The notes under the pieces were generated by a model. It searched no databases and had not been told where the DNA came from. It was given only the letters and a program-made list of their open reading frames with translations. Shown here in pieces: positions 1 to 7,707 of a stretch of DNA of 32,000 bases (position 1 is its first letter; every line of letters starts with the position of its first letter). The stretch comes from an uncultured Pseudomonadota bacterium. Its GTDB lineage: Bacteria; Myxococcota_A; UBA796; GCA-2862545. The DNA lies in assembly GCA_903861005.1 (NCBI GenBank), contig CAIOSP010000009.1, forward strand, positions 28,692 through 60,691, in the 5' to 3' direction. Both the position numbers and the translations under genes were made by a program.

Positions 1-219
1 CGCGAGCACCGCGGGCGCGCCCAGGCGCAGCGCGAGCGCGCGCGTCAGATCGGCGATGCCGAGGTCGATCGCCCAGTGCATGCCGACTAGGCGAAGGTCC
101 TGGTCGGGCCATCTCCACCCCGCAGGCAGCGCGTTTGACGCGTGCTCGCAGCACAGGATCACCGGCGAAGATTCCACAGACGCGGGGATGACCTCCACCG
201 CAGGGTGCAGCCTGTTCAC
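1..219 (-). CDS. N-formylglutamate amidohydrolase (FGase/HutG-like) family protein, N-terminal part only (continues past window start)
   Basis: Not in the supplied ORF track (truncated, GTG start). My minus-strand translation from GTG at 219 reads VNRLHPAVEVIPASVESSPVILCCEHASNALPAGWRWPDQDLRLVGMHWAIDLGIADLTRALALRLGAPAVLA. The 'ILCCEHASNxLP ... H.A.D.G' pattern fits the FGase family N-terminus. An in-frame TAG at 229-231 makes GTG 219 the first possible start. Confidence 0.55.
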   Translation of the reverse strand, partial: MNRLHPAVEVIPASVESSPVILCCEHASNALPAGWRWPDQDLRLVGMHWAIDLGIADLTRALALRLGAPAVLA

Positions 220-228
220 GCGGCGCGC

Positions 229-561
229 CTACTTGCCGTCGTCGTCTTCGTCGTCCGGCTCGTCGAAGGCGATGATCGTGGCGCCGGCGCTGCGGCGCGC
301 GGCGGCGTTGTTCGTGGGCGCGGGCGGCGGCGGAGCGACGATCACGGGCTCGTCATGGTCCGCGGGGCCGTCATCGGAGAGCGGCATGTCGATCGGCGAG
401 AACGGCGCGGGCGCGGGACGCAGCGCGACCTTGGGCGGCGCGGCCTGCGGCGCCTTGGGGCGACGGCTGTAAACCACCGCCACCACGACCAGCAGCACGG
501 CCGAGGCGACGCACAGAACGCCAGCGAGGACACCAAGGAGCAAGAGCATCGTGCTGTCCAT
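229..561 (-). CDS. Hypothetical single-pass membrane protein with Pro/Ala-rich linker and acidic C-terminus
   Basis: This is track ORF 229..597. ATG at 561 gives MDSTMLLLLGVLAGVLCVASAVLLVVVAVVY (one TM helix), then RRPK, a Pro/Ala-rich stretch and the tail FDEPDDEDDDGK. The TTG at 597 is the maximal extent. I recognise no family. Confidence 0.5.
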   Translation of the reverse strand: MDSTMLLLLGVLAGVLCVASAVLLVVVAVVYSRRPKAPQAAPPKVALRPAPAPFSPIDMPLSDDGPADHDEPVIVAPPPPAPTNNAAARRSAGATIIAFDEPDDEDDDGK

Positions 562-651
562 TCTGCAACCCCCGAACCGTAGATCCACGTGCCCCAAACC
601 TAATCCAGGCGCCCCCGCTCGACCACCGGCGCGACGTCATGCGGGGGGCCT

Positions 652-1254
652 TCAGCGGCCAACCTCGTACGAAGTCTCCTTGCCGATCGCGCGGCGGGTC
701 AGGCGGGGCAGGTCGTTCACGGCGAGCCCGAGCGCCATCGCGACGCCGATCGCCACCGGCTGCGCGCCGAGGCCCAGCGACCAGGCCGCCGCACCCGAAG
801 CCGCCACCACCGACGTCACGCCCGGCGCGCGGCCATGCAGCACCGCGCCGACGGCGCCGCCCACCGCGACGATCCCGGCCCACGCGGCCCCCGGAGGCAC
901 CACACCGACGGCACCGAGCGCCGCCACGAGCTGAAGCATCAGGGCCGAGGTGCCCAGGCCCAGCATCAACGCGGGCGAGGCCAGCTCGATCCACAGCGGC
1001 AGCGACGCCGCCAGCGCGAACACCCCGAACCCGCCAACCGGGTGTCCGAGGCGCGCCGACGCGTCGACGATCGGGAGCGTGGCGAACGTCACGACGCCCA
1101 CCGCCACCGCGGAACCCATCCGCGCCGCGGACTCCCCGAGCGCGTCGCGACGCAACAGCACGGCAAACGCCACCACGCCGACCAGAATCCGCAGCAGCAT
1201 GTGCGCCTCGGACCCGTCGAACACCAGGCGCTGCAGCAGGTCGTCAGGAAACAA
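652..1254 (-). CDS. Hypothetical polytopic inner-membrane protein (about 5-6 predicted TM helices, Gly/Ala/Val-rich)
   Basis: ORF 652..1254 has repeated hydrophobic segments (LLRILVGVVAFAVLL, VAVGVVTFATLPIV, GGFGVFALAASLPLWI, LMLQLVAALGAVGVV, WAGIVAVGGAVGAVL, VAIGVAMALGLAV). The TTG start at 1254 lies 3 nt after the upstream stop. An alternative ATG is at 1200. I recognise no family. Confidence 0.55.
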   Translation of the reverse strand: MFPDDLLQRLVFDGSEAHMLLRILVGVVAFAVLLRRDALGESAARMGSAVAVGVVTFATLPIVDASARLGHPVGGFGVFALAASLPLWIELASPALMLGLGTSALMLQLVAALGAVGVVPPGAAWAGIVAVGGAVGAVLHGRAPGVTSVVAASGAAAWSLGLGAQPVAIGVAMALGLAVNDLPRLTRRAIGKETSYEVGR

Positions 1255-1257
1255 AGG

Positions 1258-1704
1258 TCAGTCCGCCGGATCAGGGGCGGGGGGCCCCTCAGGCTTGGCG
1301 GGGGCAGACCCATGAACCAAGGGGGCCACGGGCGCCACCGGAGCGACCACCGGAGCGGTCGCCGGGGTGGACGGGACGATGGTCGCGGCGCCATCGCGCT
1401 CGTCGAACGCGTAGAGCGTGGTGCCGGGGCGAACCAAGCCGAGCTGGTCGGCGGCCAAGCGCTCCAGGTTGATCGGGTCCTGCTCCAGGCGCTGCAGGTC
1501 CAGGAGCAGGCGCGTGTTGGCCTTCTCCAGGTTGGCCCAGCGGTCGCGCGCCTCATTGGCGTGCTCCGACAGCGTGTAGAGATCACGCAGGCCGTTGGGG
1601 CCCACGAGGGTCCACACGACCACGCCGATCAGCACCGTGGACGGGACGACCCGCGCCAACACGCGCTGAACCCGACCGCCCTGCCGTGAGGTGTTCTCCA
1701 ACAC
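1258..1704 (-). CDS. ftsB: Septum formation initiator family protein (FtsB/DivIC-like) with Pro/Ala/Val-rich tail
   Basis: A TM segment (VVPSTVLIGVVVWTLV) is followed by the coiled coil LRDLYTLSEHANEARDRWANLEKANTRLLLDLQRLEQDPINLERLAADQLGLVRPGTTLY. This parallels E. coli FtsB (...ARNELSMVRPGETFY). The start is uncertain. GTG 1704 or TTG 1701 follow GGGAGG (rc of 1707-1712), and GC3 rises there. ATG 1764 would overlap the upstream gene by 20 nt. Confidence 0.7.
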   Translation of the reverse strand: MLENTSRQGGRVQRVLARVVPSTVLIGVVVWTLVGPNGLRDLYTLSEHANEARDRWANLEKANTRLLLDLQRLEQDPINLERLAADQLGLVRPGTTLYAFDERDGAATIVPSTPATAPVVAPVAPVAPLVHGSAPAKPEGPPAPDPAD

Positions 1705-1744
1705 CGCCTCCCACGCCGCAACAATACCGCATTCGCGCGGATCC

Positions 1745-2182
1745 TCAAGGGGCAGCTGCACCATTCTTGGGATCGGTCGCGATGGCGAGCCTGGCGAGGC
1801 CCACATCGCGGGCGAGGTCCATGACCTCGACCACCTTGCCGTGGGCGACCGCCGAGTCCGCCTTGAGCACGATCAGCGTGTTCGGATCCTGCGCGGCGGT
1901 GGCGCGCAGGCGCTGGCGGAGCGCGTCGTGGTCCACGATGGCGCCGTCGATCGACACTTCTCCGGCCGACGTCACCGTGATGCGGAGGTCCTTCACCTCG
2001 TCGAGCATCATCTGGGAGTTGGCGCGGGGCAGGTCGACCTGCACGCCCGCCTCCGCGGACTTTCCCTTGTCCGCCACGAATTCCGTCGACACCATGAAGA
2101 ACAGCAGGATCGTGAACAGCACGTCGATGAACGACGTGAGGATCAGCTGCGTCTCCTGGCGGCGGCGCTTGCCGAACTTCAC
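1745..2182 (-). CDS. ExbD/TolR family biopolymer transport protein
   Basis: The sequence (M)[30 protein letters not shown] (N-terminal TM) ... ITVTSAGEVSIDG ... VLKADSAVAHGKVVEVMDLARDVG is the typical ExbD/TolR layout. The GTG start overlaps the upstream stop as GTGA (2179-2182). Confidence 0.9.
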   Translation of the reverse strand: MKFGKRRRQETQLILTSFIDVLFTILLFFMVSTEFVADKGKSAEAGVQVDLPRANSQMMLDEVKDLRITVTSAGEVSIDGAIVDHDALRQRLRATAAQDPNTLIVLKADSAVAHGKVVEVMDLARDVGLARLAIATDPKNGAAAP

Positions 2183-2793
2183 AGCGTCTTCTCCGGCTCG
2201 GCCAGCAGGTCGAGCGCCTCGCTCGCGACCTCCTCCAGGTCTAGCGTGAGGCGGTCGACGCGAGCGAGCACGAACTTCTCTCCGATGACCGCCGGGATGG
2301 ACACCGCGATGCCGAAGAAGGTGGTGTTGAGCGCCACCGAGATGCCCGCGCCGACCTTGTTCATGTCGCCCATGCCGCCCTCGCCGATGGCGCGGAAGGT
2401 GAGGATGATGCCTCCGACCGTGCCGAGCAGCCCGAACAGCGGCGAGACGGTGGCGATGGTGGCCAGCACCGGGACGAAGCGCTCCATCTCCGCGGCCTCG
2501 CGGCGACCGGCCTCTTCGACGCGCTCCGAGATCCGGGTGCGGCCGTAGCGACGGGCCTCGATCGCCGCCTCCACCACCCGCGCGATGGCGGCGGGGCGCT
2601 TGCGGCAGGCGACCAGCGCGTCATCCCATCGACCGGCGCGGAGCAGGGCGAGGATCTCTACGCAGAAGCCGTACGGGACGATCGCCGAGCGGCGCAGCGA
2701 CCACATCCGCTCAAGCAGCACGGCGAGCGCGACGATCGAGCACACCAGGATTGGGTACATGACCGGCCCACCGGCCTGGAAACTCTCGAGCAC
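2179..2793 (-). CDS. MotA/TolQ/ExbB family proton-channel protein
   Basis: There are three TM segments. The N-terminus [22 protein letters not shown] and the C-terminal [14 protein letters not shown] ... [22 protein letters not shown] are hallmark ExbB/TolQ motifs. The GTG start is at 2793. Confidence 0.9.
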   Translation of the reverse strand: MLESFQAGGPVMYPILVCSIVALAVLLERMWSLRRSAIVPYGFCVEILALLRAGRWDDALVACRKRPAAIARVVEAAIEARRYGRTRISERVEEAGRREAAEMERFVPVLATIATVSPLFGLLGTVGGIILTFRAIGEGGMGDMNKVGAGISVALNTTFFGIAVSIPAVIGEKFVLARVDRLTLDLEEVASEALDLLAEPEKTL

Positions 2794-2893
2794 CGCGCCT
2801 CCGCACGAGCCGCATCCATGGCGGCCGAACCGCTCCCTACCCTGCGCCCACGCCGTGGCCAGCCCGGGCCGTTCGCGGCGTGCCCGCCACGTT

Positions 2894-2958
2894 CCATATC
2901 TGGCACGCGCGCCCAGCTTTCACCCCGGGGGTCGTCCCAAATCTGGCACGCGACCCAG
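2894..2958 (+). repeat. Two direct copies of a 22-23 bp element, CCA(T/A)ATCTGGCACGCG(CG/A)CCCAG, 43 bp apart; candidate upstream activator sites
   Basis: Copy 1 is at 2894-2916 and copy 2 at 2937-2958. The identical cores ATCTGGCACGCG start at 2898 and 2941. Both lie about 95-140 bp upstream of the sigma-54-type promoter at 3036. Confidence 0.5.
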
Positions 2959-3035
2959 TACCCCTCCGCCGACGAAAGCAGAAAATCTACGGTTACACGG
3001 CATTTCCACGGTCCGCCGTCAAAGTCGGTCAGCGG

Positions 3036-3051
3036 TGGCACAGCACCTGCA
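3036..3051 (+). promoter_or_regulatory. Sigma-54 (-24/-12) type promoter, TGGCAC-N5-CTGCA
   Basis: The sequence is TGGCACagcacCTGCA. GG (3037-3038) and GC (3049-3050) are exactly 12 nt apart, matching the consensus TGGCACG-N4-TTGCW. The promoter is 38 nt upstream of ATG 3089, with a GAGGTG SD at 3080-3085. Confidence 0.6.
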
Positions 3052-3088
3052 AAGAGAGAGTCGGGCACGAACCGCAACCGAGGTGAAC

Positions 3089-3964
3089 ATGAGCCGCACA
3101 CGTGGACGTCCGACGCGCGACGAGACGAGCGAACTCCTGGACCGTTACCTCGGCCACATGGGCCGCATCAAGCTGCTCAAGGGTGACCAGGAGGTCGCGG
3201 TCGCGCAGCGCATGGAGCGCGGCGGTCCGGACGCTGAGGCCGCCAAGTGCGAGCTGATCCGCGCCAACCTCCGCCTCGTCGTGTCGATCGGCAAGCAGTA
3301 CGCCTACCGCGGCCTGCCGCTCGCCGACCTCATCCAGGAGGGCAACCTCGGCCTGATGAAGGCCGTCGAGAAGTTCGAGTGGCGGCGCGGCTTCCGCTTC
3401 TCCACGTACGCCTCGTGGTGGATCCGTCAGGCGATCGTGCGCGCCATCGAGTCGCAGATCCGCACCATCCGCATCCCGATCTACAAGTTGGAAGTGGTGA
3501 ACCGCGTCAACGCGATGCGCAAGCACTGCCTCCAGACCTTCGGCCGCGAGCCCACGCCCGACGAGATCTGCGAGCACCTGGAGATCGACCGCGATCAGGT
3601 CGACGAGGTGATGAACCTGGTCCGTGAGCCCATGTCGCTCGACGCCGAGGTCGGTGAGGACGGCGACAGCACCATCATGGACTTCATCGAGAACCCCGAT
3701 TCCCGCTCGCCGTCCGAGAACGTCGAGGCCGAGTCGCTCGCCGAACAGATGGGCCACGTCCTGGCGTCGCTCACCCCCCGCGAGGAGAAGGTGCTCCGCA
3801 TGCGCTACGGCATCGGCGAGCCCACCACCTACTCGCTAGAAGAGATCGGCAGCCGCTTCGCGCTGACCCGCGAGCGCATCCGCCAGATCGAGCTCAAGGC
3901 GCTCCGCAAGCTGCGCCACGCCACCCGCAGCAAGCAGCTGGAAGCGTTCAGCGAGGCCTGCTGA
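3089..3964 (+). CDS. RNA polymerase sigma-70 family factor, group 2/3 type (no region 1.1; RpoS/SigB-like), 291 aa
   Basis: Region 2 reads [37 protein letters not shown], and region 4.2 reads [32 protein letters not shown] 3089 has an SD. The upstream part of track ORF 2585..3964 shows no sigma-like sequence. Confidence 0.92.
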   Translation: MSRTRGRPTRDETSELLDRYLGHMGRIKLLKGDQEVAVAQRMERGGPDAEAAKCELIRANLRLVVSIGKQYAYRGLPLADLIQEGNLGLMKAVEKFEWRRGFRFSTYASWWIRQAIVRAIESQIRTIRIPIYKLEVVNRVNAMRKHCLQTFGREPTPDEICEHLEIDRDQVDEVMNLVREPMSLDAEVGEDGDSTIMDFIENPDSRSPSENVEAESLAEQMGHVLASLTPREEKVLRMRYGIGEPTTYSLEEIGSRFALTRERIRQIELKALRKLRHATRSKQLEAFSEAC

Positions 3965-4094
3965 GCCTGGGCGCGACCACCCAGCGGAAGAAGGCGATCC
4001 CCAGCACGATCGCGTGGGTCAGCCCCACGCAGAACCACTCCCCTCGTTCGAGCACGAGGGGCTCGTTCCAGGTGCCGAGGATGAGCCCGATCAC
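3948..4094 (-). CDS. Candidate small membrane protein (48 aa), not in ORF track
   Basis: The GTG at 4094 overlaps the CoA-transferase stop as GTGA. Translation gives (M)[47 protein letters not shown]. By my count 46 of 49 third positions are G/C, against about 48% at second positions, which is coding-like periodicity. The ORF overlaps the sigma gene 3' end by 17 nt. Confidence 0.4.
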   Translation of the reverse strand: MIGLILGTWNEPLVLERGEWFCVGLTHAIVLGIAFFRWVVAPRLSRPR

Positions 4095-5191
4095 GCGATG
4101 ACCTTGGCGGCGCGCAGCGCGGTCAGCTCGTCGTCGGACAGGCCCGCGTCGTGGAGCACGGCGTCGGTGTGCTCGCCCACGCCTGGGAGCGGGCCTGAGT
4201 CCGGGAACACGCCCAGCGGCGGCCGAACATAGGTGGTGCCGGCGATCCGCTCGACCGCACCGCGCGCGAGCCAGTGCGGGTTGTCGGCCAGCTCGGACGG
4301 CGCGAGCACCGGGCCCACGCAGGCCTCGGCCAGCACGTCGGCCCAGTGGTCGCGTGGCTTGGACGCAAACAGCGCGGTCAGCGCGTCGTGGCCGAGGTCG
4401 CCGCCTGTGTGGCCCCACAGCTCCTGCTGGAACTTGGCCTCCAGCGCGCCGACGGTGATCCAGCGGTCGTCCGAGCACCGGTAGGTGCCGTAGAACGGCA
4501 GGCCGCCCGCGAGGCCCAGCGTGCCCGGCACCGGATCGACCCCCTCCGCCGTGCAGCCCACCGCCACCGGCGCGAAGAACCACAGCGCAGCCTCAGCCAG
4601 CGACACGTCCAAGACCGCGCCCCGGCCGGTGCGCTCGCGCTGGAAGAGCGCCGCCGCGATACCCGCCGCCGTCACCAGCGCGCCGCCCAGGTCCGCCACC
4701 TGCACCGTGGGGATGGGGATGGAGGTGTCGGTGCGGGTTGCGCCGTGCAGCGCGCCCGCGAGGCCCATGTAGTTGATGTCGTGGCCGGGTCGCTGCGAGA
4801 GCGGCCCCGTCTGCCCAAAGCCCGACAGGCGCGCGATCACCAGGCCGGGGCGCTCGGCGAGGAGCTCGTCGGGGCCTAGGCCCATCGCCTCCATGACGCC
4901 CGGCCGAAAGCCCTCCACCAGCACGTCGTAGCGGGGCAGGATCCGCTTGATGAGCGCGCCCGCGCCGGGCTTGCGCAGGTCGATCGCCAGGCTGCGCTTC
5001 CCGTGGCCGGTGGCCGCGTAGTAGGCGCCGACGTCGCCCACGAAGGGCGGGATGTGCCGTGTGAAGTCGCCGGCGCCGGGGGACTCGACCCGATCCACCT
5101 GGGCGCCCTGCCCCACCAGCCATGCAGTCGCCGCAGGCCCCGGCAGCAGCCGAGACAGGTCCAGCACCCGCACACCGTCCAGCAATCCCAT
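4091..5191 (-). CDS. CoA-transferase family III (CaiB/BaiF-like) protein, 366 aa
   Basis: The sequence MGLLDGVRVLDLSRLLPGPAATAWLVGQGAQV ... KRSLAIDLRKPGAGALIKRILPRYDVLVEGFRPGVMEAMGLG ... ISGFGQTGP ... GHDINY is the characteristic family III N-terminus and core. ATG 5191 was chosen as start. The upstream 255 codons of track ORF 4091..5959 are antisense to the kinase gene. Confidence 0.9.
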   Translation of the reverse strand: MGLLDGVRVLDLSRLLPGPAATAWLVGQGAQVDRVESPGAGDFTRHIPPFVGDVGAYYAATGHGKRSLAIDLRKPGAGALIKRILPRYDVLVEGFRPGVMEAMGLGPDELLAERPGLVIARLSGFGQTGPLSQRPGHDINYMGLAGALHGATRTDTSIPIPTVQVADLGGALVTAAGIAAALFQRERTGRGAVLDVSLAEAALWFFAPVAVGCTAEGVDPVPGTLGLAGGLPFYGTYRCSDDRWITVGALEAKFQQELWGHTGGDLGHDALTALFASKPRDHWADVLAEACVGPVLAPSELADNPHWLARGAVERIAGTTYVRPPLGVFPDSGPLPGVGEHTDAVLHDAGLSDDELTALRAAKVIA

Positions 5192-5332
5192 ATCGCCCTC
5201 CGCCCCGTCCCCTAGCGTGCCGAGCACGGCCACGACACGCCCGCAGGCCGTGCCCGCCACCATGCGGGGCATTCCTGTGGTGCGCACCCTGTCCACCCCA
5301 CGTCCGGGCGTGTAGACTGCGAGCCCGGGGGG

Positions 5333-7258
5333 GTGCGCTCTGCGCTCCGGCAAGCTTTGATCGGCACGACGCTCGACAAGTACGACGTCCTCCAGCGGAT
5401 CGGCGAGGGCGGGATGGCCACGGTCTACCGGGGCCGTCACGCCGCGCTCGGTCGCGAGGTGGCGATCAAGGTGCTGCACCCGCACCTGTCGGTGTCCACG
5501 CGCAACCGGCAGCGCTTCGCCCGTGAGGCGCGCGCGATCGAGCACCTGCGCCACCCCAACATCCTCGAGATCCACGACTACTCGGGCGAGACCGCCGAGG
5601 ACTGCTACATCGTCACCGAGCTGGTCGACGGCGAGACGCTGGCCGACCTGCTGGCCCGCTGTCGCCGCGTCCCGTCCGAGGTCGCGGCGACCATCGGCCT
5701 GTCGCTCGCAGACGCGCTCGCCTACGCGCACGACGCGGGCATCCTCCACCGCGATCTGAAGCCCGAGAACGTGATGCTCCGGCGCGACGGCGTCGTAAAG
5801 CTGATGGACTTCGGGATCGCGCGCTTCCTCGACGAGAGCCAGGTCACCATGACCGGCGCGCTGGTCGGATCGCCCGCCTACATGAGCCCTGAGCAGGCCC
5901 GCGAGGAGCCGCTCGACGGCCGCAGCGACCTGTTCGCGCTGGGCACGCTGCTCTTCCACCTGGTGGCGGGCGAGCTTCCGTTCGGCGGCTCCAACCCGTC
6001 AGTCGTGCTCAAGAACGTGATCGAGGGCAACCGCCCCGCGCTCGTCGAGGTGGTGCCGAGCGCCAGCGCGACCCTGGCCGACATCGTCGAGCGCCTGCTC
6101 TCCCCGGCGCGCGAGGACCGCTACACCACAGCCGATGCGCTCCGCGGCGCGCTGATGGAGGCGCTGTCCGAGGTCGGGTTCAGCCCCGCCGAGCCTCGCT
6201 GGGCGCTGGCCCGCTACGTGGCGACACCCGAGGCGTATGAGGCCGAGCTGGACGCCTGGCTCAAGCCCACCCTGTTGGAGCGCGGCAAGGCGAGCGCGGC
6301 CAAGGGCGACCACCTGGCGGCGCTGCGTAGCCTCAATCGCCTGCTGTCGATGGACGAAGGCAACGCCGACGCGCTGGCGCTGCTGGAGGCCTTCCACGGG
6401 ATGCCCGCGCCGGACACGGTGCGGGCACGGACGATCGCGCTGGCGGCGGCGACCGTGCTGTTCGTGGTGTTCGGCGCGCTTGGGGCGTGGCGAGGCGGCG
6501 CCGTGCCGAAGACCCTGACGATCGACGCGTCCCAGCGCGCTCCGGCTCCCAGGGTCGACGTCGTCGTGCCGATCGAAGAAGGGGTCGCGCGGATCGATCC
6601 GCCGCCCGCGGATGGCGTCCAGCCCGTCGACGTGGAGGCTGCGACCTCCTCCACGGCTTCATCCCCGTCTGCGCCCGAGCCCGCCGCGCCGCGCGCGGCC
6701 GCCGACACGCGCTCCACGCCCCGCGTCGCCGAATCGCCCGAGCCGGCCGCGCTGCTGTCACGGCCCATGCCGGTGGCGTCGGTGGTGGTGTCCGACGCCC
6801 CACTCGCCGCCGACGCGCGCCCCGCCTGCGTGGCCCTGCGCTCGCTGGACGCGCCCGCGGAGGTCTGGCTCGACGGCGTGCGCCTTCGCAGCACCCGCGA
6901 CCCGGGCTGCACGCAGGTCCCGCCGGGCGCCCACACCTTCCTGCTCCGCGGCCCCATGATCGCCGAGAAGCGCGTGACGCTGATGCTCGCCCCCGGGGAG
7001 GTGCGCGACCACGAGCAGGTCGCGCTGGAGCGCCTGCCCGCCCGCATGCGCTTCCCCTCCGACCTGCGCTCGTCCTGCGTCGTGCTGCTCGACAACGCCA
7101 CGAAGGGCACGATCGCCGACCTGGGCGGCGCGCTGACGATCGAGCACCCCGAGCACCCGCACACCATCGCCGTCCGCTGCGGCGACGACCTGTCGGTTCA
7201 GTCGGTCCGCAGCCTGGACTACCCGGACAACCTGTTCGACCCGGGCCCCCGACCGTGA
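5333..7258 (+). CDS. Transmembrane Ser/Thr protein kinase with TPR-like linker and C-terminal PEGA-like ectodomain
   Basis: Hanks kinase motifs are present: GEGGMATVY, VAIK, HRDLKPEN, DFG and SPAYMSPE. A TM helix (IALAAATVLFVVFGALGAW) is followed by a Pro/Ala/Ser-rich spacer. C-terminal PEGA-like segments follow (AEVWLDGVRL...PPGAHTFLLRG). GTG 5333 is the first in-frame start. Confidence 0.92.
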   Translation: MRSALRQALIGTTLDKYDVLQRIGEGGMATVYRGRHAALGREVAIKVLHPHLSVSTRNRQRFAREARAIEHLRHPNILEIHDYSGETAEDCYIVTELVDGETLADLLARCRRVPSEVAATIGLSLADALAYAHDAGILHRDLKPENVMLRRDGVVKLMDFGIARFLDESQVTMTGALVGSPAYMSPEQAREEPLDGRSDLFALGTLLFHLVAGELPFGGSNPSVVLKNVIEGNRPALVEVVPSASATLADIVERLLSPAREDRYTTADALRGALMEALSEVGFSPAEPRWALARYVATPEAYEAELDAWLKPTLLERGKASAAKGDHLAALRSLNRLLSMDEGNADALALLEAFHGMPAPDTVRARTIALAAATVLFVVFGALGAWRGGAVPKTLTIDASQRAPAPRVDVVVPIEEGVARIDPPPADGVQPVDVEAATSSTASSPSAPEPAAPRAAADTRSTPRVAESPEPAALLSRPMPVASVVVSDAPLAADARPACVALRSLDAPAEVWLDGVRLRSTRDPGCTQVPPGAHTFLLRGPMIAEKRVTLMLAPGEVRDHEQVALERLPARMRFPSDLRSSCVVLLDNATKGTIADLGGALTIEHPEHPHTIAVRCGDDLSVQSVRSLDYPDNLFDPGPRP

Positions 7259-7263
7259 CGAGG

Positions 7264-7707
7264 ATGTCGCGATCTGCGCGGGGGCGGTCGGCCGCGACGC
7301 CGCACGATCACGTCCAGCGTGCGCTCCGCCTGGGATGGTACGCTACCTGCACCGTGTTCGGACACGGATGCTTCTACGTCCTTCCCCTCCCCGAGGTCGT
7401 GGTGAACGAACCGCCCGACATCTACGAGCCCGAGCTCGACCCGCAGCCCATCGAGGTGCGGAGCGACACGCTGGTGCTGTCGACGATCGCCGCCGATCCC
7501 GAGGATGAACCCGTGTTCTGCGAGTGGCCGGACCTGGACAACCTGGAGGCGACGACCGACCGCTACCCCAGCGGCGACGTCTGGGTCTGCCGCGCGGAGA
7601 TCACCGATCTGTCGGGCCTGCAGGACGGCGACGTGCTGCGCGCGACGGTGTTCGACGGGCATCACGACAACTTCGTCACGGTCCGGTGGGAGGTCCACTT
7701 CCCATGA
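7264..7707 (+). CDS. Hypothetical acidic protein (up to 147 aa)
   Basis: This is the C-terminal part of track ORF 6487..7707. GC3 is high from about 7400 onward (EPPDIYEPELDPQPIEVRSDTLVLSTIAADPEDEPVFCEWPD...VTVRWEVHFP). The stop overlaps the next start as ATGA (7704-7707). The start is uncertain: ATG 7264, or GTG 7399/7402. I recognise no family. Confidence 0.5.
   Translation: MSRSARGRSAATPHDHVQRALRLGWYATCTVFGHGCFYVLPLPEVVVNEPPDIYEPELDPQPIEVRSDTLVLSTIAADPEDEPVFCEWPDLDNLEATTDRYPSGDVWVCRAEITDLSGLQDGDVLRATVFDGHHDNFVTVRWEVHFP

Noticed and set aside
1320-1360. Short tandem DNA repeats (for example CCACCGGAGCG x2 here, with similar Pro/Ala codon repeats at 13360-13440 and 27182-27250) as possible CRISPR or VNTR features.
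   Set aside because: They lie inside ORFs and simply encode Pro/Ala/Val-rich low-complexity linkers. There is no repeat-spacer architecture.
2898-2958. The two upstream TGGCACGCG repeats as additional sigma-54 promoters.
   Set aside because: Neither copy has a GC dinucleotide at the required 12-nt offset from the GG (positions 14-15 read CA and AG). I list them only as candidate upstream binding sites.
2585-3088. The N-terminal extension of the sigma factor ORF, and other track ORFs inside the 2794-3088 intergenic region (2818..3186, 2880..3086, 2658..3101).
   Set aside because: There is no sigma-like or other recognisable sequence. The region holds the promoter, repeats and an AT-rich patch. 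A good SD plus ATG at 3089 gives a full-length sigma domain set.
5192-5959. The 5' extension of the 622-aa (-) ORF upstream of the CoA-transferase start.
   Set aside because: The family III CoA-transferase consensus N-terminus (M..L.G.RVLDLS) begins at ATG 5191. The extension is antisense to the kinase domain and has off-frame-like composition.
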